The position numbers and the translations under genes were made by a program. This document shows positions 34,639 through 42,349 of a stretch of 64,000 bases of DNA, piece by piece; within the stretch, counting starts at the first letter, position 1; every line of letters starts with the position of its first letter. Source of the DNA: Spirochaetia bacterium (lineage in GTDB: Bacteria; Spirochaetota; Spirochaetia; SZUA-6; Bin103); assembly GCA_965203055.1 (NCBI GenBank), contig OZ241863.1, forward strand, positions 3,488,001-3,552,000. The letters are read 5' to 3'. The notes under the pieces are model-generated. The model did not search any database. It was given only the letters and a program-made list of their open reading frames with translations, and had not been told where the DNA came from.

Positions 34639-35478
34639 CTAGCTTCCGGGATGGCGGGCGAACAGCCGGCGCAGCAGCGCCGCTTCCCCGCGACTGGCCT
34701 CCCCGGGGAGGATGCTCGGTCCGGGATAGCGCGGATTGAGCAGTACCCCGGCGGCGAGGAAGGCGGCAAACACCGCGCCGTGGCAGCGGGGCGGATAGTC
34801 GGCCAGCACGTAGATCCCGCTACGCCGCCAGCCGGGCGCGGTGCGCGGCCAGCACGAGGTCACGGCGCTGCGCTGCGCGGCCGTGCGCAGCAGGCGGCGC
34901 AGCGCGGCCGCGGCGCCGGCCAGCAACAACGGTGAGACCGGCGGCGCGCCGGGCGCCGGCTCGGGCGCGGCGCCGCGGGTGCTGACCGTCACCGGACCGG
35001 CGCCGGCGGCGAACGGCAGCCGGTGCAGCAATGCCGCCGGACCGTGCCTCAGCCACTCGCCGCCGGGCGGCTGCTCGCCGCACAGCGGCCGCCACCAGGC
35101 CGCCGGCGCGGCGTGCCACGCCGGCTCCAGCAGCGGGTCGGCCACCGGCAGCGGCTGCCCCGGGGCCAGGCCGAGCTGCCGGCGCAGCAGCCGGCGGGCG
35201 CCGGCGGGCGTCGCCGCAATGCCGAACCAGGCGTGGCCGGGCAGCGCCAGCCGCAGGGTACGCCGCAGCCGCGCCGCGTAGCTGCTCGGCAGGTTGGCGA
35301 GCAGCCCCCGTCCGAGCACGTTCTTCAGCTCCCGTCCCAGCAGCTCGGGCCGATGCCCCAGCAGCGCAGCGCCGCGGTCCAGGTACAGGTCGAGCAGGCG
35401 CCTCCCATCTTCGGTGTACAACCGGTAGCCGCGGGCGCGGCGTACGCGCGGCAGGGCCGGTTCAATCATCGGCGGCAA
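34639..35478 (-). CDS. Degenerate class-III PLP aminotransferase-like protein
   Basis: N-terminus RRARGYRLYTEDGRRLLDL...LLGH resembles class III aminotransferases; only about 279 aa. Confidence 0.6.
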   Translation of the reverse strand: MPPMIEPALPRVRRARGYRLYTEDGRRLLDLYLDRGAALLGHRPELLGRELKNVLGRGLLANLPSSYAARLRRTLRLALPGHAWFGIAATPAGARRLLRRQLGLAPGQPLPVADPLLEPAWHAAPAAWWRPLCGEQPPGGEWLRHGPAALLHRLPFAAGAGPVTVSTRGAAPEPAPGAPPVSPLLLAGAAAALRRLLRTAAQRSAVTSCWPRTAPGWRRSGIYVLADYPPRCHGAVFAAFLAAGVLLNPRYPGPSILPGEASRGEAALLRRLFARHPGS

Positions 35479-37642
35479 CCGGGTCGAGGTCGGCGTAGGC
35501 GGCGAAGAAGGCGGCGATCTTGCCGGAGCGGAAGCGCACCTCCAGGCGCCGCTCGCCGTTCTGGGTCCAGCACCGGGTAACCACGCCGACGCCGTAGTCG
35601 AGGTGCGCCACCCCCTGCCCCTCGCGCAGTCCCGCGGCGCCGCCCGCGCCGTCAGCTCCGTCAGCGCCGTCGCCGGTGACCTGGATGCACTCCGGCGGAA
35701 TCTCCGCCAGGAAGCGGCTCGGGTGCCGTTCGCGGGCGAACCCGAACGCCGCCCGGCGCCGGCACGAGGTAAGGTGCAGCACGTACCGCGCGCGCGTCAC
35801 CGCCACGTAGAACAACCTCCGCTCCTCCTCCTCTTCCTCCGGCGGCACCGCAAGGCGCGGCGCGGCCGGCTCGGTGGCGGGGAAGATCCCCTCCTCCAGA
35901 CCGGTGACGATCACCTGATCGAACTCCAGTCCCTTCGTGTTGTGGATGGTGATCAGGGTCACCGGCTCGACCGTCCCCGCCGCGGGCGCGGCGGCTTCCG
36001 CTTCGCCGGCGCCGGCCAGCCGCGCGTCCTGCAGAAAGGCGGCGACTCCGGCGGGGCCGCGGTCATACGCCGCGGTGGCGTTGACCAGCTCCTCCAGGTT
36101 CAGGACGCGGCCGGTGCGCTCCGCCTGGTCCTGCGCCAGCACCTGCGCGTAGAGGCCGGAGCGGTCGAGGATGGTGCGCATCAGTTCCGCCACGCTGGCC
36201 GCGGCGTAGCTCCGGCGCAGATCGCCCAGCAGCTCGGCAAAGCCGGCCAGGGCGCTTCCCGCCTGGCCGCGGACGGTCCCGGCCAGGCGGCCGGCAGCCG
36301 CGATCAGGTCCTCCCCGGCGGCGGCCGCCGCGGCCGCCACCCGGGCCACGGTCTTTTCGCCGAGGCCGCGCCGCGGCTTGCCGGCGGCGCGCAGGAACGC
36401 CACCTCGTCGCGCGGATTGTACAACAGCCCCAGGTAGGCCAGCGCGTCCTTTACCTCCTCGCGCTCGTAGAAGCGCACGGTGCCCACCACGCGGTAGGGG
36501 ATGCGCAGGGTCTGAAACAACGTTTCGAAGGTGCGCGACTGGAAGTTCATGCGGTACAGGATCGCGCTCGAGGCGGTGGGACGGTCGCGAATCAACTGCG
36601 CGCAGTGGCGCGCTTCCTCCTCGGGGTCGGCCAGACAGGTCACGGTCGGCAAGTCGCCTTGATCCTGCTCCGTCCACAGCGTCTTGCCCATCCGCCGGCG
36701 ATTGTGACTGACCACGGCCGCAGCGAGATCCAGAATGGCGCCCGTGGAGCGGTAGTTCTGCTCCAGGCGCACCACCTCGGTGCCGGCGAAGCGCTGGGGA
36801 AAGGTCAGGAACCCGTCCACGTCCGCGCCGCGAAAGCGGTAGATCGACTGGTCATCGTCGCCCACCACGCACAGGTAGTTGGGCGCTTCGTGCAACTCCC
36901 GGAGGAGCTCGAACTGGGCGTGGTTGGCGTCCTGAAACTCATCCACCAGCACCACGCGAAACCGCTGCCGCACCTGCGCGCGCGCCTCCGGGTGGTTCTT
37001 CAGCAGGGACAGCGGAAGCAGGATCAGATCGCCGAAGTCGGCGGCGTTCAGCTCCGCCAGACGGGCCTGATAGCGGGCGTAGATGCGCTCCATGGGAAAC
37101 GGCGAACGGCGCAGCGCCGACAGCTCGGCGTCCGGTCCGAGCCCGCGGTTCTTGGCGGTGGTGATCCAGGCCGCCATGTCGCGGATGTCGCCGGGGAGAT
37201 ACTGCTCCTCCTCCTCGGCCACCAGCCGGCGGAGCACCTGGCGGGTATCGCCGTCGTCGTAGATCGACAGCCGCTGCGGATCGAACCCCAGACGGTCGCC
37301 GTAGACGCGCAGCAGCCAGGCGCCGAAGGCGTGGAAGGTGCGCACCATCACCCGGCGCCCGGCGTCGGCGCGGCCGCAGGCGGCCACCAGCCGGTGGATG
37401 CGGGAGCGCATCTCGGCGGCCGCCTTGTTGGTGAACGTGACGGCGAGCACGTGGCTCGCCGCTACCGCTTCCGTGGCAATGAGGTGCGCCACCTTGGTGG
37501 TAATCACGCGCGTCTTGCCCGAACCCGCGCCGGCCAGGATGAGAAGCGGCGAACCGCCGTGCAGCACCGCTTCCCGCTGCCGGTCATTCAACTGATCCAG
37601 GTCCACTCCGCGACCTGGGGCGGCAGCGGCGCCCGGCGTCAT
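35462..37642 (-). CDS. pcrA: ATP-dependent DNA helicase, UvrD/PcrA family
   Basis: AGAGSGKT, VTFTNKAA, VDEFQD, GDDDQSIY.FRGA, LEQNYRS, KGLEF, EERRLFYVAVTRA. Confidence 0.93.
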   Translation of the reverse strand: MTPGAAAAPGRGVDLDQLNDRQREAVLHGGSPLLILAGAGSGKTRVITTKVAHLIATEAVAASHVLAVTFTNKAAAEMRSRIHRLVAACGRADAGRRVMVRTFHAFGAWLLRVYGDRLGFDPQRLSIYDDGDTRQVLRRLVAEEEEQYLPGDIRDMAAWITTAKNRGLGPDAELSALRRSPFPMERIYARYQARLAELNAADFGDLILLPLSLLKNHPEARAQVRQRFRVVLVDEFQDANHAQFELLRELHEAPNYLCVVGDDDQSIYRFRGADVDGFLTFPQRFAGTEVVRLEQNYRSTGAILDLAAAVVSHNRRRMGKTLWTEQDQGDLPTVTCLADPEEEARHCAQLIRDRPTASSAILYRMNFQSRTFETLFQTLRIPYRVVGTVRFYEREEVKDALAYLGLLYNPRDEVAFLRAAGKPRRGLGEKTVARVAAAAAAAGEDLIAAAGRLAGTVRGQAGSALAGFAELLGDLRRSYAAASVAELMRTILDRSGLYAQVLAQDQAERTGRVLNLEELVNATAAYDRGPAGVAAFLQDARLAGAGEAEAAAPAAGTVEPVTLITIHNTKGLEFDQVIVTGLEEGIFPATEPAAPRLAVPPEEEEEERRLFYVAVTRARYVLHLTSCRRRAAFGFARERHPSRFLAEIPPECIQVTGDGADGADGAGGAAGLREGQGVAHLDYGVGVVTRCWTQNGERRLEVRFRSGKIAAFFAAYADLDPVAADD

Positions 37643-38397
37643 TACTCCTCCGACTCGAACAGAAAGTCGTGGTAGACGTTGGCGGAGGGCGGCGCTTCAT
37701 AGTCGAAGCGCCCGTCCGGGATGTTCTGATTGGTGCGGATGTCGAGGAAATCGAGACGATGCACCTCGAATCCCACGGTGACGCCGGTAATCCGGCGAAT
37801 CAGGTGATTGGGGGACACGGCTATCTCGAGTTGCCGGAAGCCCTCGGTGGTGGCGCGGCTGGTGAGCTTGAGCTTGACGACCAGCTCGCCCGAACCCGGC
37901 TCCAGGGGCACCGGGGCCGGCTCCTCCAGGTAGGCGATGGCATAGTTGCTCTGCAGAAAGTGGAGGCCCCGGCGGCTCGCCAGGCCGGCGACGTTGCCGC
38001 GATTGCGCAGGCGCTGCTCGAAGATTACCTCCAGCCTGGGATAGTACACCGTCAACAGCGAACCGTCGCTGACGAGGACCTGCCCCGCCGGCTGCGAGAA
38101 GTCGATTCGCAACAGGTTGGGATGCTTGTAGGAGAGCGCCCCCTCCATCACCGCGCCGCCCTGGGTGATGCGAATGTCAGCCTGATAGTCGACGATGCCG
38201 CGGTAGGCGGCGGACACCGTCTCGAAGAAGCTCTCCGCGGTGACCACCTCCTGAGCGGTTCCCGGCAGCGCGGCCAGCCACAGCGCGACGCCCACCGCCG
38301 CCGGCAACAGTCGCGCCCGGCCGCCGGCGGCAGCAGAAGGACAGCCGGTCTTGCGCAGCCCGGCGGGCGCGCTTGCCATCTGGCCGCTCCCGGTCAT
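37642..38397 (-). CDS. lolA: Outer-membrane lipoprotein carrier LolA family
   Basis: YKHPNLLRIDFSQPAGQVLVSDG...FDYEAP; start uncertain. Confidence 0.8.
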   Translation of the reverse strand: MTGSGQMASAPAGLRKTGCPSAAAGGRARLLPAAVGVALWLAALPGTAQEVVTAESFFETVSAAYRGIVDYQADIRITQGGAVMEGALSYKHPNLLRIDFSQPAGQVLVSDGSLLTVYYPRLEVIFEQRLRNRGNVAGLASRRGLHFLQSNYAIAYLEEPAPVPLEPGSGELVVKLKLTSRATTEGFRQLEIAVSPNHLIRRITGVTVGFEVHRLDFLDIRTNQNIPDGRFDYEAPPSANVYHDFLFESEE

Positions 38398-38471
38398 CGG
38401 CGCGCCGGTCAGCGGCGGCGCCGCTGCCGGCCCACTAGAACCGCGCCCGCAGGCCGCCCGCCGTCCGCTGC

Positions 38472-39230
38472 CTAGTCATCGTCCGCCTTGGTCATGTCGC
38501 GGATGCGGTCGCGGAGTTGAGCGGCTCGCTCGTACTCCTCATTGCTGACCGCGTTGCGCAGCTCGTGGCGCAACCGGTCGACCGGCGGGCGCATCTTCCT
38601 GGTCTTGAATTCGCGGAGCGCGGCGCGCAGGTACTGCAACGACCGCACCCGTTCGAAGTGGAACGTCGGCGTGTCCACTTCGGGCAGGCGGCGAACGTTT
38701 TCGATAGCCTGTTCCATCACCTCGCAGGCCTGGGGGCTCTGGCCCTCGCCAAGCAGCACCATGGCGCGGGCCGCGGCGTTCATCCGCAAGATATAGGGAC
38801 GGAACTGGAGAATGTCGTTCTTGTCGTCACGGTGGGCGTACCGCTCGACGATCTCGCAGATCTTGAGGTTGTGATCGGTGTCCATCGAGGTACGCTCGTA
38901 GTCGCCGATCTGAAACAGGATGTAGTAGCGGTAGTAGTAGAGCACGCCCTCGTTCTGCAGCAGCGCGAAGTCGTCGCGATCGATCTTGAACCCGGCGTCG
39001 TTGCCATGGCGGTGGAGGTAGGCGGACAGGCGATCGTTCACCTCATCGAGTATGCTCTCCTTCCCGAACGGGACGTCGCCATCGGGCCGCCCGTCCAATT
39101 CGTACTGTTCGATGCCAAGCGGCTGCCGCACCTGCAGCACTTCGCGGCCATCGCGCGCCTGCACCACGCGGTACTGGTCGTCAGGGTCGAACTCCCAGTC
39201 GCTGAGAATGTCGGTAATGTCAATGCTCAT
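38472..39230 (-). CDS. UVR (UvrB/UvrC motif) domain protein
   Basis: GIEQYELDGRPDG; C-terminal LRNAVSNEEYERAAQLRDRI. Confidence 0.8.
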   Translation of the reverse strand: MSIDITDILSDWEFDPDDQYRVVQARDGREVLQVRQPLGIEQYELDGRPDGDVPFGKESILDEVNDRLSAYLHRHGNDAGFKIDRDDFALLQNEGVLYYYRYYILFQIGDYERTSMDTDHNLKICEIVERYAHRDDKNDILQFRPYILRMNAAARAMVLLGEGQSPQACEVMEQAIENVRRLPEVDTPTFHFERVRSLQYLRAALREFKTRKMRPPVDRLRHELRNAVSNEEYERAAQLRDRIRDMTKADDD

Positions 39231-39291
39231 AGCTGCTCATTCAGGCAGTGGCCGCGTTCAATATAGCCCGGCGGCGGGAGCGGAACAACAT

Positions 39292-40284
39292 TCATCGCCG
39301 CGGCGGGGCGGCCGGGCGCGGCGTCCTGCCCCGCGCCGCTTCCGGATTGACCGCCGATTCCACCTCGCCGGCAGTCAGATAGCGTCCGATCCGGTTGGCG
39401 GCCATGAGCGCCACGTTGAGTTGGGCCTCATGCGACAGCGCCCCGACGTGGGGCGTGGCGATGACCTGCGGGTGGCGGGCAATCGCCAGGTCGCCCGGCG
39501 GCTCGCGGGAGTACACGTCCAGCGCCGCGCCGGCTACCGCGCCCTGCTCCAGCCCGGCGAGCAGCGCCGCTTCGTCGATCACGCCCCCGCGCGAACAGTT
39601 GAGCAGGTAGACCCCGCGCTTCATGCGGGCGATCTCCGCAGCCCCGATCAAGCCCCGCGACGCCGCGGTCAGCGGCGTGTGCACGCTGATGAAGTCCGAC
39701 TCCGCCAGCAGGGCGGCGAACGGTACCAGGGTGATGCCGTGCTCGGCCGCCAACTGCGGGGACACGTAGGGATCGTGGGCCGCGACGCGCATTCCGAACG
39801 CGGCGGCCGAACGGGCCACCAGCCGCCCTACGTTGCCGATGCCGACGATGCCCAGAGACTTGCCCAGAAGCTGGACGCCGCGAAACCGGGAACGTTCCCA
39901 GCGGCCCGCCTTGACCGACGCGGCGGCGGCGGGGATGCGGCGCGCCAGCGCGAACAGCAGGCCGACCGTGAGCTCGGCGGCGGCCTGGGCGTTGGCGCCG
40001 GGCGTGTTCATCACCAGCACCCCGCGTTCGGTGGCAGCCGCTACGTCGATGTTGTCCACTCCCGCCCCGGCGCGGGCGATCACCCGCAGTTCCGCCGCCG
40101 ACTCGATTACCGCGCGGGTGACGCCGGTCTGGGAGCGCACCAGCAGCGCCGCGCAGCAGGCGGCCGCGCGGCGCAGCTCATCGGGGGTCAGGCCGTAGCG
40201 CTCCACCACCTCGAGGCCGGGGTAGCTGCGCAGTTCCCGCACCCCTTCCGGGGCGATTGGCTCGGCTACCAGCACGCGTTGCAT
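39292..40284 (-). CDS. serA: D-3-phosphoglycerate dehydrogenase-like enzyme (no ACT domain)
   Basis: RAGAGVDNID, GIVGIGNVG, NCSRGG, ALDV..EP and TPHVGA motifs. Confidence 0.8.
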   Translation of the reverse strand: MQRVLVAEPIAPEGVRELRSYPGLEVVERYGLTPDELRRAAACCAALLVRSQTGVTRAVIESAAELRVIARAGAGVDNIDVAAATERGVLVMNTPGANAQAAAELTVGLLFALARRIPAAAASVKAGRWERSRFRGVQLLGKSLGIVGIGNVGRLVARSAAAFGMRVAAHDPYVSPQLAAEHGITLVPFAALLAESDFISVHTPLTAASRGLIGAAEIARMKRGVYLLNCSRGGVIDEAALLAGLEQGAVAGAALDVYSREPPGDLAIARHPQVIATPHVGALSHEAQLNVALMAANRIGRYLTAGEVESAVNPEAARGRTPRPAAPPRR

Positions 40285-40422
40285 GTGGCCTCTGGTATAG
40301 ACAACCACGCCGAAAGCATCAAGCCGGCGGCGGCGGGCCGGGACCGCGCCGGAGCCGCGCCGGCCCGATCCGGGCAAGCGCCGCGGTTGCCGGGGGCACC
40401 GGCGCCGGATAAGGTGGGCGCC

Positions 40423-41115
40423 GTGCCGAACGTGTGGATCATTTCACTTGGCGGGTCGCTCATTGCCCCCGGCGAGGTCAACCTGGAATTCCTGGCGGGA
40501 TTCTGCGCCGCGGTGAAGAGCCAGGTCGCCGCCCACCCCGAGCGGCGCTTCGTCGTGGTGTGCGGCGGCGGGGAGCCGGCGCGGCGCTATCAGGCAGCCT
40601 ATTGGGCGCTGGCCGACCACGCTACCGACGCGGCCGCCGATTGGGTGGGAATCGCCGCTACCCGGCTCAACGCCGAGCTGCTCAAGCAACTGTTCGCCGA
40701 TCTGGCGCCGGATGAGGTGGTGACCGATCCCACCACCGTCACCGAGCTGCGCGCGCCGGTGCTGGTGGCGGCGGGCTGGAAGCCGGGCTTTTCCCACGAC
40801 TACGACGCCGTGCTGATCGCCGAACGGCTCGGCGCCCGCCGCCTCGTCAAACTCTCCGACGCCGGCGGCATCCGCAACGCCGACCCGCGCCTCGATCGCC
40901 GCGCGCGCGCGTTCGACCGCCTGTCCTGGGCCGGGCTGCAGCGCCTCACCGGAAACACTTGGGCGCCGGGCTTCCGCGCCCCGTTCGACCCGATCGCCAC
41001 CGCCCGCGCCGGCGCCCTGAAGCTGACCCTGGTGGTCACCGGCAGTGACCTCGCCAACCTGCACCGCATCATCGACGGCGAGTCATTCTCCGGCACCACC
41101 GTCGGCCCCCGGTAG
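40423..41115 (+). CDS. pyrH: UMP kinase, archaeal/spirochaetal type
   Basis: IISLGGS, VCGGG..AR.YQ, GIAATRLNA, GWKPGFS.DYDA and APFDP motifs. Confidence 0.88.
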   Translation: MPNVWIISLGGSLIAPGEVNLEFLAGFCAAVKSQVAAHPERRFVVVCGGGEPARRYQAAYWALADHATDAAADWVGIAATRLNAELLKQLFADLAPDEVVTDPTTVTELRAPVLVAAGWKPGFSHDYDAVLIAERLGARRLVKLSDAGGIRNADPRLDRRARAFDRLSWAGLQRLTGNTWAPGFRAPFDPIATARAGALKLTLVVTGSDLANLHRIIDGESFSGTTVGPR

Positions 41116-41133
41116 CCGGCCCACCGTCCGCGT

Positions 41134-41259
41134 TCACGCCTGCAGTTCGGCCAGCAGCTCCCCGAGCAGCTCCATGCCGGCGCCCCAACCCTTGTCCATG
41201 CCGGGCAGCGCGGCCGCGAAGCCGGCGGTCTCGGCCGCGCTCGCCTCATGCGGCGCACG
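41134..41259 (-). pseudogene. 3' remnant of an SRPBCC/AHSA1-like gene
   Basis: RAPHEASAAETAGFAAALPGMDKGWGAGMELLGELLAELQA* resembles the GW..L..L C-terminal helix; an in-frame stop lies immediately upstream. Confidence 0.5.
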
Positions 41260-41338
41260 TCACCACCGCGAGCACGGCGCCGCCAAAAGCACCGCAGACG
41301 CAGCGCCGTTGTAGGGGCGGAGGAGAGAATGTCACCGA

Positions 41339-42349
41339 ATGTCACCGCCCCTGCATCAGCCCCACGATCACCTGTTCCGCCTAGTGTTCGCCGACCCCGA
41401 GGAGACCGCCGCCTTCCTCCGCGCCCGCCTGCCGAAGTCCCACCAGCGCGGCTTCGTCTGGTCCTCCCTGCGCCGGTCCCCAGGCTCGTTCATCGACCAG
41501 GAGCTGCGCGACTCCGTCACCGATCTGCTATTCGAGGTGCGCAGCGCCGCCGCGGCGCCGCGGCAGTGGCTCTACCTGCTGTTCGAACATCAGTCCCAGC
41601 CCGACCGCTGGATCACGCTGCGCCTGCTGCGCTACTGCTGCCGCATCTGGGAGGCCGACCGCCGCGACTTCCCCGACGAGCAGTACCTGCGCCCGGTGCT
41701 GCCGCTGGTGTTCTACCAGGGCGAGCACCACTGGCACTACGCCATCGAACTGGCCGAGTCCTTCCCCCCGGCGCTGCGCGGCCAGCCGTGGGTGCCGCGC
41801 TTCTCCCCGCTGCTGCTGGACCAGACCCGGATGGCGCCGGCGGCGGTGGCCGGGGAACTGCTCGGGCGGTTGCTGCAACTGGCGATGATGCACACCTTCA
41901 AGCAGGAGCTGGGGGATGCGCGAAAGCGGATCGCGCCGCTGCTGTGGGAGTTGCAGCGGAAGCCGACGCACGGCGGGGTGGATTACTATCAAGCGTTCAT
42001 GGAGTACATTGTGAAGACCGGGCCGGCGGACACGCTGGAAGCGCTGGGTGAGCTGCTGCGGCGCCTGGCACCGGAACTGAGAGGTGATCTGATGACCTGT
42101 GGCGAGATTCTGCGCCGGGAAGGCCGGCTGGAAGGCGAGTTGAAGGGACGCCAAGAAGGTGAGTTGAAAGGGCGCCAGGAAGGTGAGTTGAAGGGCCGCC
42201 AGGAAGGCCGGCTGGAGACCATCGAAGGGTTCCTGCGGGCCGGAATCAAGTGGCCGGTAATCCAATCCGCCACCGGCATCGACGAGCACACCTACCGCAC
42301 CCTCAAACGCGACGCCCCCAACGGCACGGAGCAGACCGCGCCGCGCTAA
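41339..42349 (+). CDS. Rpn family recombination-promoting nuclease / putative transposase (PD-(D/E)XK)
   Basis: HD.LF, SFID..L...TDLLF, YLLFEHQS, RLLRY and PLVFYQG motifs; EG-repeat tail. Confidence 0.92.
   Translation: MSPPLHQPHDHLFRLVFADPEETAAFLRARLPKSHQRGFVWSSLRRSPGSFIDQELRDSVTDLLFEVRSAAAAPRQWLYLLFEHQSQPDRWITLRLLRYCCRIWEADRRDFPDEQYLRPVLPLVFYQGEHHWHYAIELAESFPPALRGQPWVPRFSPLLLDQTRMAPAAVAGELLGRLLQLAMMHTFKQELGDARKRIAPLLWELQRKPTHGGVDYYQAFMEYIVKTGPADTLEALGELLRRLAPELRGDLMTCGEILRREGRLEGELKGRQEGELKGRQEGELKGRQEGRLETIEGFLRAGIKWPVIQSATGIDEHTYRTLKRDAPNGTEQTAPR
42092..42349 (+). CDS. Putative internally translated small Rpn product (RpnS-like antitoxin)
   Basis: GAGGTG-N5-ATG in frame inside rpn: MTCGEILRREGRLEG... 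Confidence 0.55.
   Translation: MTCGEILRREGRLEGELKGRQEGELKGRQEGELKGRQEGRLETIEGFLRAGIKWPVIQSATGIDEHTYRTLKRDAPNGTEQTAPR
42131..42202 (+). repeat. 24-bp tandem repeat x3 (EGELKGRQ) in the Rpn C-terminus
   Basis: GAAGGYGAGTTGAARGGNCGCCAR repeated three times. Confidence 0.9.
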
